A stretch of DNA of 64,000 bases, taken from positions 7,354 through 71,353 of the forward strand of contig JBBRDE010000001.1 of assembly GCA_038204185.1 (NCBI GenBank). Reading direction: 5' to 3'. The notes under the pieces were generated by a model. The model searched no databases. It saw nothing but the letters and a program-made list of their open reading frames with translations, and was not told where the DNA came from. The number at the start of each line of letters is the position of its first letter. Positions within the stretch are counted from its first letter, which is position 1. A program made the translations under genes and the position numbers. Of the stretch, positions 10,216-20,800 are shown piece after piece. The stretch comes from Cytophagales bacterium (lineage in GTDB: Bacteria > Bacteroidota > Bacteroidia > Cytophagales > Spirosomataceae).

Positions 10216-10349
10216 AGGGAAAGGGGGCTAAATATATAAAATGTAATTTTGGTAAAGTTAAAAGTATTTTTCAACCTTTACCTTACAACCCCAGGCCAAA
10301 CCATTTCGGTGCGTAAACCGTTTTGTGAGTAGGAATTCAAAAACACCCT

Positions 10350-11099
10350 ATGCAAGTCGAAACTAGTCACGTGCCAACCTTACCCCGTATGAAACCTGCC
10401 CCGATTGGCAACAAAGGAATCTGGGCGGCGGCCGTTGTATTGTCGTTGTGGTTCGGGTCGCTTGCCTTGCTGCTGCACTACCCTTTATCTTTTACCGATC
10501 CGCTCGTGTATCTGTTGGTGCTGGTACAAATGCACCTCTATACGGGTGTGTTCATCACGGCGCACGATGCCATTCACGGCGTGGTGGCACCCGAACGGCC
10601 CAAACTCAATCATGCCCTCGGTTGGCTGTCGGCTACGCTGTTTGCCTTCAATAATTACAAGACCCTTTCCAAAAAGCATCACCTCCATCACCAGCACTCG
10701 GGTACCTTCGATGATCCCGATTTCCATGAGGGAAATGCCAATTTCTTTCGGTGGTATTATAGTTTTCTGAAAGAGTACATTTCGTGGAGGCAGATTCTGT
10801 TCATGGCGCTCACCTATAACCTCCTGAAATTGATTTTCCCCTGGGAAAATCTGGTGGTTTTCTGGATGGTTCCCGCCATTCTGAGTACATTCCAGCTTTT
10901 CTTTTTCGGCACCTACCTACCCCACCGGGGCGAACACCACAACGCGCCCCACAACGCCCGCAGCCAGGTACTCAATCACGCCTGGGCTTTTGTGACCTGC
11001 TACTTTTTCGGCTACCACCTCGAACATCACGCCTACCCCTACCTACCCTGGTGGCGGCTCCCCAAGGCACGGGAAGCGACTTCGGGAGTTCTTGGTTAG
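10350..11099 (+). CDS. crtW: beta-carotene ketolase-like membrane di-iron enzyme (CrtW type)
   Basis: 249 aa. It has three His boxes (HDAIHG, HHLHHQH…DDPDFH, HLEHH) and a size matching CrtW-type fatty-acid-desaturase-fold ketolases. Confidence 0.7.
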   Translation: MQVETSHVPTLPRMKPAPIGNKGIWAAAVVLSLWFGSLALLLHYPLSFTDPLVYLLVLVQMHLYTGVFITAHDAIHGVVAPERPKLNHALGWLSATLFAFNNYKTLSKKHHLHHQHSGTFDDPDFHEGNANFFRWYYSFLKEYISWRQILFMALTYNLLKLIFPWENLVVFWMVPAILSTFQLFFFGTYLPHRGEHHNAPHNARSQVLNHAWAFVTCYFFGYHLEHHAYPYLPWWRLPKAREATSGVLG

Positions 11100-11156
11100 A
11101 AAATTTATTGGGGTTTGAAATACTTCATTGGTTCGAACAAGGTACCCCATCGAAAC

Positions 11157-12131
11157 TCATTTCGTTCGCTCGATGGTGAACTGAACGAGTTGTTCCAGGG
11201 AAGTGCGGTATACGGATTCTGGAAAGGACTGTAGTAACTGCCGGGCCTCTTCCACGTAGCGATGCATCACGCGCTGGGCATACTCAATGCCCCCGGAGCT
11301 TTTGACATACGCGATCACCTCCGAAACCTTACGCGGCTTGTGGCTTTCGTTCCGGACAATATTGATGATTCTCCGCTTTTCCAGCCAGGGAGCATGATTT
11401 AGGGCGTAGATAAGGGGTAAGGTCATTTTCTTTTCCTTAATGTCGATTCCCAGCGGCTTACCCACCTCCGCCTCGCCATAGTCGAACAGGTCGTCTTTGA
11501 TCTGAAAAGCAATGCCTACTTTTTCGCCAAAGGCGTGCATCCGCTGTACAGTGCCGGCATCGGCTCCCACCGAACTGGCACCTACTGCGCAGCATGAGGC
11601 AATGAGTGAAGCCGTTTTTTGGCGGATTATCTCGTAATAGACCTCTTCGCTAATATCCAGCCGCCGGGCTTTTTCTATTTGCAACAGTTCACCTTCGCTC
11701 AGTTCCCGCACAGCGGTGGAAACGATTTTCAGAAGGTCAAAATCCTGATTGTCAACCGATAAAAGCAATCCACGCGATAGTAGATAGTCGCCCACCAAAA
11801 CTGCAATTTTATTTTTCCATAAGGCATTGATCGAAAAAAAACCCCGGCGATAGTTGGAGTCGTCTACCACATCGTCGTGTACCAGCGTAGCGGTGTGGAG
11901 CAGTTCGATAAGCGAAGCTCCCCGATAGGTGGCTTCAGCAATGCTGCCGCATACCCCCGCGGACAAAAACACAAACATCGGCCTGAGTTGTTTTCCTTTC
12001 CGGCGGATAATATAGTTCATGATCTGATCCAGCAGCCGGACATCGCTTTTCATGGATGCCCGAAACTTGGGCTCAAAAGCCTTCATTTCGACCTGAATGG
12101 GTGCCTGAATGGCTTGAATGGAAAGGAGCAT
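11157..12131 (-). CDS. polyprenyl diphosphate synthase (IspB-like)
   Basis: 324 aa with two aspartate-rich motifs (LVHDDVVDD and KDDLFDY). Confidence 0.9.
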   Translation of the reverse strand: MLLSIQAIQAPIQVEMKAFEPKFRASMKSDVRLLDQIMNYIIRRKGKQLRPMFVFLSAGVCGSIAEATYRGASLIELLHTATLVHDDVVDDSNYRRGFFSINALWKNKIAVLVGDYLLSRGLLLSVDNQDFDLLKIVSTAVRELSEGELLQIEKARRLDISEEVYYEIIRQKTASLIASCCAVGASSVGADAGTVQRMHAFGEKVGIAFQIKDDLFDYGEAEVGKPLGIDIKEKKMTLPLIYALNHAPWLEKRRIINIVRNESHKPRKVSEVIAYVKSSGGIEYAQRVMHRYVEEARQLLQSFPESVYRTSLEQLVQFTIERTK

Positions 12132-12460
12132 AAAGCGATACGGAAAGCCAGCCTGTACCTGGCTGGAACAGGAATGGTATTAGCGCGACGACCAGGCGGG
12201 CAACTGCCTTGGGGGCCCAAAATTGCCATAAAATCTTCTGTTTATACCTATTTACCGAGCGAAATGTTTATATAATTGGCTTGGGAAAGTTGAATTTGGA
12301 CAATGATTTTGGTAAATAGCCGTTCCACTCGGAAAAAATCGAAATCTGGAAATGTTTCGAAACCCGCGTCTGGGGGATTATCGGCTAATTCAATTTAATG
12401 TAAACTACCACCAATCCTAAACAAGACAAGTCTTCGGCCTAGAATAATGTCGCTTTACAG

Positions 12461-13429
12461 ATGATCAGTACAGCAGATTACCAATCGCCCGGGGCCGACC
12501 ACCAGCCAATGAAAGCATTAGTACTCGGGGGAGGATCCATGAAGGGAGCCTTTCAGGTAGGGGCCGTCAAGGCTGTTCTGGAAGACGGCTTCGAGCCGGA
12601 TATGATTTACGGTGTGTCGGTCGGTGCCCTCAATGCGACCTACCTCGTCAATGAGGCGGGGAAGCACGACTTGGAGCATGGCCGAATCAACTGGCCGGGT
12701 ATTGGTCGGGAGCTCATGACCTTCTGGATCAAGCACATCACACAGCCTCAGGACGTAGCCCTGCTGCGATCCCGTGTTTCACTAGGATTCAACACGCTGA
12801 TGAGCCGCTTCGACGGGCTGCTCGATCCATCACCCCTGCACAACCTAATCCGTCGGCATACCGATGCCTTCGTGCTGCGCAATAGTCCAGTCAGAATCAA
12901 GGTAGGGGCGGTCAATATCACCAATGGGAACATCAAGTTTGCATCGCCCGACGACGAGTTTTTCATGGATTACGTTCGCGCCAGTTCGTCGCTGCCCATG
13001 CTTATGCCGCCTGTGCCCATCGGTAGCCGCACCGACAAGTACCTCGACGGCGGACTGCGTGTGGTGGCACCCATCCATGAAGCCATTCGCGACGGAGCCA
13101 AGGAAATCGTGCTGATTGCCTGCCACGCCAGCCAGCTCTATACCCGCGAAAATTTCAATTCCCGTAATCTCATTAGCCTTATTGAGCGCGTGAAAGATGT
13201 CACGGTCAATCAGATCGTCAATAACGACATTGACTGGGCCGAAGGGTACGCTGAGCGCTCCATTTTGCGCGGTGATCCTATCAAACTTACCATCATTCGG
13301 CCCCAGGAGCCGCTGCTGCTCGATTTGCAGGGGTTTACCTCCGAGGACATTACAAGGCTTATCCTGGATGGTTATCGGGTTGGAATCGATGCCTTGAAGC
13401 GGGCCAAAGAGGTTGCCCCAAAAGTTTGA
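12461..13429 (+). CDS. patatin-like phospholipase
   Basis: 322 aa. It has the oxyanion GGGSMKG motif, the GVSVG nucleophile elbow (GxSxG) and the catalytic DGG. Confidence 0.85.
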   Translation: MISTADYQSPGADHQPMKALVLGGGSMKGAFQVGAVKAVLEDGFEPDMIYGVSVGALNATYLVNEAGKHDLEHGRINWPGIGRELMTFWIKHITQPQDVALLRSRVSLGFNTLMSRFDGLLDPSPLHNLIRRHTDAFVLRNSPVRIKVGAVNITNGNIKFASPDDEFFMDYVRASSSLPMLMPPVPIGSRTDKYLDGGLRVVAPIHEAIRDGAKEIVLIACHASQLYTRENFNSRNLISLIERVKDVTVNQIVNNDIDWAEGYAERSILRGDPIKLTIIRPQEPLLLDLQGFTSEDITRLILDGYRVGIDALKRAKEVAPKV

Positions 13430-13450
13430 AAAAGTATTTATAATGTAAGA

Positions 13451-13478
13451 AAGCCCGCACCAGATGGTACGGGCTTTT
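13451..13478. terminator. terminator hairpin between the convergent patatin and TonB-receptor genes
   Basis: aagcccgcacc / ggtacgggctt form the stem with one mismatch, followed by a T run. Confidence 0.65.
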
Positions 13479-13505
13479 GATTTTTATTAAATTAATCTGG
13501 ACTTA

Positions 13506-16500
13506 TCAGTTGAATGTATAGCGCAAACCGATCTGGGCTTGCCATACATCACTGATACCTGCACTCTTCACGAAAGTATCTTTTAGCAGTACCGTTTTAC
13601 CATCAATCGTCTGAGTAGCCATACGATAGGTTGGAGTACCGTCGGTAGCCGTTCCGGCCGAAACAAGAGGGCGGCTGTTAACCAGGTTATCACCTACCCC
13701 CCAATCATTGTTGATCGCATTACCAACACGAAGTACGTCAGCACGCAACTGGAAGGTATTACGCTTGCCACCAATGCTAATATAAATCTCCTGAACAACA
13801 CTTAGGTCAAAAGTATGACGCCAAGGAGCAACTCCACCGTTCCGCTCGGAGTATTGACCACGAATCGAGTTAAGATAAGGGTCTTGCTTAATGAATGATT
13901 CAAGAGCGGCTGCCTGCTGCTCTGGTGAGAAAGTCTGCCCACCTGAGGTCAAGGCTACAAAACGTAGATCACTGGCTTTATTTGGAACAAAAACAAGGTC
14001 GTTATTAGAAATACCGTCTCCGTTCATATCACCGGAATACACGAAGTTGTAACGTCCCTGGTTACGACCTTCGTAGAAAAGACCAAACTGTGTAGATCCA
14101 CCAAACTTGCCACCATAGTTGAGACGGTAAGAAAGTGATGCGATGGCCCGATGCCGTTGATCATTGCCTGAATAGGAAAGGTCAGCAAAGTTGTTTCCTT
14201 TAACCGTGGGGTTGGTTTCGAAAGAACCAGAAGCGATAGAACCAGCGCCAGTAACATCTTTAGTCATACCATACGTGTAAGCACCCATTACATACAAACC
14301 TTTACGGTATGGTCTTTCCAGTTTGACGGTGTACATTGAAGTTCCCCCCAGATTGGTGTTTGTCAGGTAAATATTACGGGTCACGCTAGGATTCAAGCGG
14401 TTTGTGGCCGAAGTACCAGCGTAGCGAGGACGATTGTCTGGACCAGCAAAGGTAGTGGTACCAATATCCTTTTGGTTGATGTTGTAGTAATTCGTGACGT
14501 TTACGTTCTTATCGAGAATTACCTCTACTGTTCCAATCAGGCCACCGGGAAGTTTTTGATCAATGGCCAGGTTAGTCCGCCAGATTTGGGGAAACTTGTA
14601 ATTTTGATCCGTGGTGGCTAAATCAAACGTTGCTTTGGAAATGTCAGTGGTGGTAGGTGCGTACTTGGCTGGTTCCGTGGTAAACGGATAAAGTTTCGTA
14701 TTCTGTACGTCAAGAAATCCACTTGATACACCATTATTACCGATCTGATTAGAAATCCATACGAAGGGGGGACGGCCAGTAAATATGCCCGTTCCGCCAC
14801 GAACCTGGGTGGTCTTTTCACCCGTCACGTCCCAGTTGAAACCAAAGCGGGGTGACCAAAGAGGACGAGAATCCGGCAGATTTGCCGTATTGGTCTTTAC
14901 GGAAGAGCCATCAGGCAATCTAAAATTATAGTCTTTCGTGATGGGGTTTTCCAGAGCAGTATTACCGAAAACAGGAACATCTACGCGTAAACCAGCAGTC
15001 AGCTTTAAATTAGGTGTAGCCTGAAATTCATCCTGAATGTAGGCACCGGGGTATAATACTTGCAGCTGCTGCAAAGGAGGAGGACCGCTACCCTGTAAAG
15101 AGTAACGGTACTGAAAACGACGGGCAGTCACATCGGTAGCGCCATTAGCAGAAGCATAGAAATCTTCTTTTGAGTTGAAGACATATACTCCGTTTGCGGC
15201 TGAATAAAACGAGTTGTTGGAAGTTGTACGCTCGACGCTGATACCAGCCGTAATGGTATGCTTTCCAGCATAATAAGACAGGTTATCAATCAATTGAAAC
15301 GTTTTATAGTTCAGCAAGTTATAAGGAGTGAAAGGATCCATGCCCACTGACATATAAGTAGCCCCATTTTCCAAAATGTCAATCGTTGGAAACAGGCCCG
15401 GAGTTAAATAAGCCCGGTCTTCATTGTTGGAGGTAACACCCATTATTAAGCTGTTGGAGAGTTTACCATTAAAGGTGGAACTTAACTCACCCACTACCGA
15501 CACAATATCCTCATTCAGAATATAGCCAGCGTTTTTGAATGACATGGAGGTGGAATTGGTACGGCGGTTACCAAAGCCCGCTGAGGCACTATTGGAAATC
15601 AGGTTTTCAGAACCACCATCCAGATAAGAGAAGCGAACGTTGAATTTATGGTTGCGGTTGATGTTCCAGTCAAGGCGAGCCAGAAATTTATTACCCGTAG
15701 TGTTGAGGTTTAAATTTTCATATCCACCCGTTTCGTAGTTGAATTTACTCTTCATGAAGGTACTCAATGCATCCAAATCACTCGCCAAAACCCGAGTCAC
15801 ATTACTTCCGGTTTGTCCGCGGTTAGCTACCCAGTTATTTACATCAGCAGGATCTACCCGCTTTTCAAACTCTCCGTTCAGAAAAATAAACAGTTTATTC
15901 TTGATGATAGGTGCCCCAATCCGGAAGCCAGTAACTTTCTTGGTAAACGCCGTTGCCTTGTAATCCTGTCCGGCAGCCTTAGTTCCAACCAAACCTTCGT
16001 TGGCGAACAAATGAAACACAGAACCGGTCACCTCATTGGTACCGGAGCGGGTCACTGCGTTCACACCAGCACCCGTGAAGCCTGACTGACGTACATCGAA
16101 GGGAGCGACGTTGACCTGAACTTCTTCAAGGGCATCGAGGGATATGGGAGCCACACCAGTACGACCACCCGGCTGGCTTCCCAGTCCAAAGGTGTTGTTA
16201 AATACTGCCCCATCAACCGTAATGTTATTAAGACGATTGTCCTGACCGGCAAATGAGCCGCCATTTCCTCCCTGAGGAGTAAGACGGGTAAAATCATTAA
16301 TTGTACGACCGATCGTAGGAAGCGAATTGATGAGCTCTTTTGAGATTGTAGTAGCTGCCCCGGTCCGATCCGAGCTGAACACATCACTACGGGAGGTGGA
16401 AACAGTCACTTCATTGAGTTGAGTACCTTCGTCCAGCATAGAGAAACTCACATCCGCAGCCGTACCCAGGTTAGCAAAAATGTTTTCTTTGGATTGTTCG

Positions 16501-16823
16501 GTATAGCCTACGTACGATACCGTGACCTTATAGGGACCACCTACCCTTACCGAAGGAATGGTGTAGCGGCCCGATTCGTTGGTAACTGTACCGTACTGCG
16601 AGCCAGATGGTACGTGGGTAGCCACGATCGTGGCACCGGGCAGGCCTTCGCCTTTGTTGTCAGTTGCGCGGCCCGTAATAGCCGAAGAGGTTACCTGAGC
16701 CTGCACCTGGGCTCCCAGGAAAGTAAGGACGAAGGCGAACAGCGCGCTGTACACTGCTTTGAAAAGTAAACCTTTTCTGTTCATTGGTTTTTGGGATTTG
16801 GTTAAAGATGTTTGTTGATTCAT
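13506..16823 (-). CDS. TonB-dependent outer-membrane receptor with N-terminal carboxypeptidase-regulatory-like domain (Oar-like)
   Basis: 1105 aa. A signal peptide is followed by a CarboxypepD_reg-like domain (ITGRATDNKGEGLPGATIV), plug and beta-barrel regions, and a terminal aromatic residue (…GLRYTFN). Confidence 0.85.
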   Translation of the reverse strand: MNQQTSLTKSQKPMNRKGLLFKAVYSALFAFVLTFLGAQVQAQVTSSAITGRATDNKGEGLPGATIVATHVPSGSQYGTVTNESGRYTIPSVRVGGPYKVTVSYVGYTEQSKENIFANLGTAADVSFSMLDEGTQLNEVTVSTSRSDVFSSDRTGAATTISKELINSLPTIGRTINDFTRLTPQGGNGGSFAGQDNRLNNITVDGAVFNNTFGLGSQPGGRTGVAPISLDALEEVQVNVAPFDVRQSGFTGAGVNAVTRSGTNEVTGSVFHLFANEGLVGTKAAGQDYKATAFTKKVTGFRIGAPIIKNKLFIFLNGEFEKRVDPADVNNWVANRGQTGSNVTRVLASDLDALSTFMKSKFNYETGGYENLNLNTTGNKFLARLDWNINRNHKFNVRFSYLDGGSENLISNSASAGFGNRRTNSTSMSFKNAGYILNEDIVSVVGELSSTFNGKLSNSLIMGVTSNNEDRAYLTPGLFPTIDILENGATYMSVGMDPFTPYNLLNYKTFQLIDNLSYYAGKHTITAGISVERTTSNNSFYSAANGVYVFNSKEDFYASANGATDVTARRFQYRYSLQGSGPPPLQQLQVLYPGAYIQDEFQATPNLKLTAGLRVDVPVFGNTALENPITKDYNFRLPDGSSVKTNTANLPDSRPLWSPRFGFNWDVTGEKTTQVRGGTGIFTGRPPFVWISNQIGNNGVSSGFLDVQNTKLYPFTTEPAKYAPTTTDISKATFDLATTDQNYKFPQIWRTNLAIDQKLPGGLIGTVEVILDKNVNVTNYYNINQKDIGTTTFAGPDNRPRYAGTSATNRLNPSVTRNIYLTNTNLGGTSMYTVKLERPYRKGLYVMGAYTYGMTKDVTGAGSIASGSFETNPTVKGNNFADLSYSGNDQRHRAIASLSYRLNYGGKFGGSTQFGLFYEGRNQGRYNFVYSGDMNGDGISNNDLVFVPNKASDLRFVALTSGGQTFSPEQQAAALESFIKQDPYLNSIRGQYSERNGGVAPWRHTFDLSVVQEIYISIGGKRNTFQLRADVLRVGNAINNDWGVGDNLVNSRPLVSAGTATDGTPTYRMATQTIDGKTVLLKDTFVKSAGISDVWQAQIGLRYTFN

Positions 16824-17221
16824 TTTAAATGACCCTGCATTGAATTCGCCCGCAAAATAAGTTTAATTTTTGTTCACAAGCAACGAGTACTTTCCTAATA
16901 AAATACTATATTAAGTACCGTAACCCTTTGATTTATTGAAATAATACATAATTCTATCTCAATACTTCAATATTTCAAATATTAAATTATTATTAACAAA
17001 TTCGGGAGTATGTTATTCCTATCCATTGAACTTTTTGGTTTAAAAAAGGTTTTCAGAAGGAGTTTTTGGCTTCCACAAAATTGAATTTTGCCTCTCGATT
17101 CATTGGTATTATAATATTTCCTCAAGCCAGTGCTACACAATCCCCTACCTTTGACAACTCAGAAAAATCATACCAGCCGTCCGCTGAAACTCTCTCATCA
17201 TTCATCCTTCCTCATTTCTCC

Positions 17222-18289
17222 ATGAATACACTTGCAGACACTGTTCTATTAACCCAATACAGCCACGGCGCGGGCTGCGGCTGTAAGATTTCCCCGCAGA
17301 TTCTCGACAAAATCCTGTACGGCAACGACTCCTCCGCTACGTTTCCGGGAATTCCGGCTTTTGATATGTCTACCCTATTGGTCGGCAACAACTCCCGCGA
17401 CGATGCCGCTGTCATAGACCTTGGTAATGGAGACGCCATCATCAGTACCACCGATTTTTTCATGCCCATTGTGGACGACGCCTACGATTTTGGCCGAATT
17501 GCCTCGGCTAATGCTATTTCCGACGTGTACGCTATGGGCGGGCAACCCCTCATGGCCATTGCTATTCTGGGCTGGCCTATCGACAAGCTGGCTCCCGAAA
17601 TAGCCGGACGGGTGATCGAGGGTAGCCGGGCGATTTGCGCCGAGGCGGGTATTCCCCTGGCGGGCGGCCACAGTATCGACAGCCCCGAGCCGATTTTCGG
17701 CCTGGCCGTGACGGGCCGCGTGGCCGTGCAGCACCTCAAGCGCAACGATACCGCTACCGAAGGTAACATCTTGTATCTGACCAAAAAGCTTGGTGTGGGA
17801 ATCCTGACTACCGCCCAAAAGAAGGGGATTCTCCGCCCCGAGCACGCCCACCTCGCCCCCGACCAAATGCGACAACTCAACAAGGTAGGGGTAGCATTGG
17901 GCGCGCTGGAATCAGTCAAAGCCCTCACGGACGTAACGGGCTTCGGCCTGCTCGGCCACCTCATCGAAATGGCTCAGGGCAGTGGTTTGAGTGCGGAGAT
18001 TGATTTTGACAAAGTACCTAGGCTACCTTTTATTGAAGATTACCTGGCTCAGAAATCGTTTCCCGGTGGTACCGTGCGGAATTGGCAAAGCTACGGCCAC
18101 AAGGTATCCGACCTCACCGAAACCCAACGCTACATCCTGGCTGACCCCCAAACGAGCGGCGGCCTGTTGATCGCCGTGACGCCCGAAGGCCAACACGATG
18201 TCGAGAACATCCTGCGCACCTTCAATATAGAAGCCGAGCCCATCGGCAGGATGGTGGAGAAGCGAGAAAAAGTGGTTTATTTGGGCTAA
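17222..18289 (+). CDS. selD: selenide, water dikinase (Cys-type)
   Basis: The ORF track starts at a TTG (17066). Homology begins at the ATG at 17222 ([26 protein letters not shown]), which carries the SelD catalytic Cys/Lys loop. An AIR-synthase-like fold follows. Confidence 0.9.
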   Translation: MNTLADTVLLTQYSHGAGCGCKISPQILDKILYGNDSSATFPGIPAFDMSTLLVGNNSRDDAAVIDLGNGDAIISTTDFFMPIVDDAYDFGRIASANAISDVYAMGGQPLMAIAILGWPIDKLAPEIAGRVIEGSRAICAEAGIPLAGGHSIDSPEPIFGLAVTGRVAVQHLKRNDTATEGNILYLTKKLGVGILTTAQKKGILRPEHAHLAPDQMRQLNKVGVALGALESVKALTDVTGFGLLGHLIEMAQGSGLSAEIDFDKVPRLPFIEDYLAQKSFPGGTVRNWQSYGHKVSDLTETQRYILADPQTSGGLLIAVTPEGQHDVENILRTFNIEAEPIGRMVEKREKVVYLG

Positions 18290-18359
18290 CAGCAGTCGTC
18301 GATCAGAAATCGACTATACCATTTTGCATAAAATCCGAGATATTATAAACCCACTTTTT

Positions 18360-19136
18360 ATGAAACTGAATTATAAAAAAGTAGGGGAAGGCGGTCAGCC
18401 GATGATAATCCTCCACGGCGTATTCGGTTCACTTGACAATTGGGCTACAGTAACCAAAGCCATTGCCGACGCGGGCTATGCCGTATACCTGGTCGATCAG
18501 CGCAACCACGGCCGCTCGCCCCATTCAGATGAATTTACGTACGAGTCAATGGCGGCCGATTTAGCGGAGTTTATAGAAGACCATGCGCTGGAAATTCCGA
18601 TTTTAGTTGGCCATTCCATGGGTGGAAAAACCGTGATGCAGTACGCCGAAACCTACCCCGGCACCTACGATAAACTGGTAATCGTGGACATTGGCCCCAA
18701 GTCGTACCCGCCCCACCACCAGGAACTGATCGCAGGACTTGGTGCTTTACCCCTGGGCGAAATCGAAGATCGCCAACACGCCGATAAGCTTTTCAGCGTC
18801 CACGAGCCAAATCTGGGTGTTCGGCAGTTTTTACTCAAAAACCTGTACCGCACCGATACTGGAGGGTACGACTGGCGTTTTAATTTACCCATAATCACTG
18901 AATTGCAAGCTAATGTAGGCCAGGAGATTACCAAGCAGCGCGTCGTGACCGAGCCTACACTTTTTATCAAAGGTGCACTTTCGGGGTATGTCAAGGATCA
19001 GGATTGGCAAGCCATTCAGGAAATGTTTCCCAATGCTGAACTCATGACCATCCCCAGATCCGGGCACTGGGTTCACGCCGAACAGCCGAAATTGTTTGTG
19101 GAAACACTAATAAAATTTCTATCCGAAAAAAGCTGA
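18360..19136 (+). CDS. alpha/beta-fold hydrolase (YbfF-like esterase)
   Basis: It has a GHSMGG nucleophile elbow and an HG oxyanion motif (IILHGVFGS). The start is placed at the ATG at 18360 (MKLNYKKVGEG) rather than the TTG at 18324. Confidence 0.8.
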   Translation: MKLNYKKVGEGGQPMIILHGVFGSLDNWATVTKAIADAGYAVYLVDQRNHGRSPHSDEFTYESMAADLAEFIEDHALEIPILVGHSMGGKTVMQYAETYPGTYDKLVIVDIGPKSYPPHHQELIAGLGALPLGEIEDRQHADKLFSVHEPNLGVRQFLLKNLYRTDTGGYDWRFNLPIITELQANVGQEITKQRVVTEPTLFIKGALSGYVKDQDWQAIQEMFPNAELMTIPRSGHWVHAEQPKLFVETLIKFLSEKS

Positions 19137-19153
19137 TAGCCTTCAAAAGGCTG

Positions 19154-20608
19154 TCAGCGTTGGGTAGGTACCTTCGCGCCTGTCCGTGTTAAGAACCCGT
19201 CCAGTTTACCACGCAGTTCCTCTCGCTTCTTAGGTAGTTGGGCAGCAACATTTCGCGTTTCGTCGATATCGTCTTTGAGGTTATACAACTCGTCAGAACC
19301 GTCCTCATAATGATGAATCAGTTTCCAATAGCCACTACGGACGATGTTGTAGGGCGTCACCTCATCGTAGCGATAGTGCGGAAAATGCCAGAACAAGTCA
19401 CGCGTCGGCATTGGCTTTGCCCCCGTCGCATGGCTTAGCAGACTCACGCCATCATTAGGTATAGCGCGATCCGGTTGGGTACCTCCTACTTCCAGCACAG
19501 TATTAAAAATATCCATCGTAATCACTGGGCTTGCCGACACCCGTGGAACGATCTTCCCCTTCCAACTCATGATCAGGGGTACCCTTATTCCACCTTCGTA
19601 CGGAAAGCCCTTACCACTGCGGAACGGCGGATTGGAAGTAATCGGGTTTTGTTCACTACCCAGCAGTCCACCGTTGTCGGAAGTAAAAATAATCAGCGTG
19701 TTTTCCAGCATATTTTGGGCTTTCAACTCAGCCACAATACGGCCTACGTTTTCGTCCATGCTCTCGATCATAGCAGCATACACGGCGTTACCTTGCCCCT
19801 GGGAGGGTGCCTTGGCTTTATATTTCGCCACTAATTCCGGCTTTCCCCCGAGCGGCGTATGCACGGCGTAGGGGGCATAATTGATAAAGAAGGGCCCGTT
19901 TTTGTGGGTCCGAATCAGGTTGATCACTTCATCGCCCTCGCGGTCAGTCAGGTACTCACCCGCCTTGCGGGCCGGTAGCGTAGGGATTCCCTTCACCGAC
20001 GCATTAGCGTAGGGGTCGAAGTAGGAAGGTGGCTGACCGAAGTCACAGCCCCCGATATTGACGTCGAACCCCTGCTTTTCGGGGTAGAATGCCTCAGTAC
20101 CCAAATGCCACTTCCCGATGAACGCCGTGAAGTACCCCTGTTCTTTCAGGTACTCCGCTGTTGTTTTTTCCGATAGCGGCAGTTCAAACGGAATGGGGGG
20201 TACTTTGAGTCTTTGCGTCAAGTCCCGCTCGTATTCCTTTTTATTCTTCCCATCATACTGCACCTCGGCATTCTGGAAACTAGCGCGAATCCAGTCCGTG
20301 ATGCCCGTACGGGCGGGATACTTGCCCGTCATTAGCGCTGAGCGCGAGGGCGAACAAATGGCTGCCGCCGCATACGCATCCGTAAACTTTACGCCTCCGG
20401 CAGCAAGTTTATCCAGATTTGGCGTTTCGTAATACTTGCTGCCGTAGCTACTCAGGTCGGCCCAACCGAGGTCATCCACAAAGATGAGAATCACGTTGGG
20501 TTTTTCTGGCGGGTGGGCCGATTTGTCCGGACCTGGCTTCATGGACAAAATAAAAGTAGCCAGCAGGAAAAGAGTCATGCTGGCTAGTAGGGTATGCAGT
20601 CGCTTCAT
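19154..20608 (-). CDS. sulfatase (formylglycine-dependent arylsulfatase family), exported
   Basis: 484 aa with a signal peptide. It has the sulfatase signature CSPSRSALMTGK and an N-terminal metal-binding motif VDDLGW. Confidence 0.9.
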   Translation of the reverse strand: MKRLHTLLASMTLFLLATFILSMKPGPDKSAHPPEKPNVILIFVDDLGWADLSSYGSKYYETPNLDKLAAGGVKFTDAYAAAAICSPSRSALMTGKYPARTGITDWIRASFQNAEVQYDGKNKKEYERDLTQRLKVPPIPFELPLSEKTTAEYLKEQGYFTAFIGKWHLGTEAFYPEKQGFDVNIGGCDFGQPPSYFDPYANASVKGIPTLPARKAGEYLTDREGDEVINLIRTHKNGPFFINYAPYAVHTPLGGKPELVAKYKAKAPSQGQGNAVYAAMIESMDENVGRIVAELKAQNMLENTLIIFTSDNGGLLGSEQNPITSNPPFRSGKGFPYEGGIRVPLIMSWKGKIVPRVSASPVITMDIFNTVLEVGGTQPDRAIPNDGVSLLSHATGAKPMPTRDLFWHFPHYRYDEVTPYNIVRSGYWKLIHHYEDGSDELYNLKDDIDETRNVAAQLPKKREELRGKLDGFLTRTGAKVPTQR

Positions 20609-20800
20609 TCGGATGTCTTGACGTTGTTACTTGGCTTCACTGAGTACTAGTAAAGATCCTACCGAAGCGAATTTACTACCTCCGGGCTTCTGAAAATATC
20701 CTGTTAACTGGCTCTAAATTTCGCATGAAAGCCCAGTTTGGCAATAGCCATGTCTAGTGGAAATCGAGTGGTTGGCAGTGTACGAACCCAATACTTTTCC

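Noticed and set aside
10237-10244. A TAATTTTG match to the Bacteroidota -7 promoter consensus (TAnnTTTG) upstream of crtW. I also made similar attempts upstream of other genes.
   Set aside because: No properly spaced -33 TTTG is present, and single octamer matches are expected by chance in AT-rich spacers. I do not report any promoter as a feature.
11121-11146. tRNA-like fragment (ttggttcgaacaagg) in the crtW / polyprenyl synthase spacer.
   Set aside because: Only a T-loop-like pentamer is present. No acceptor, D or anticodon arms can be drawn.
12461-13429. Patatin-like phospholipase as the effector of a CBASS-type or other defence system.
   Set aside because: No cyclase, sensor, ATPase or other defence-associated neighbour is present. 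It is flanked by polyprenyl synthase and a TonB receptor, so it looks like a stand-alone lipase.
17066-17221. N-terminal extensions created by the ORF track choosing the first TTG/GTG. Affected genes are selD 17066, fabF 25651, purS 41173, the hydrolase 18324, the isomerase 56159, nusB 33928, and the DUF1080 genes 24762 and 28060.
   Set aside because: Homology to the respective families begins at downstream ATG codons, and the extensions have non-protein-like sequence. I shortened these features accordingly.
16824-17221. Possible riboswitch (for example cobalamin) in the long AT-rich spacer upstream of the TonB-dependent receptor.
   Set aside because: There is no B12-box-like or other recognisable riboswitch core. 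The region is simply AT-rich and is probably a divergent promoter region.
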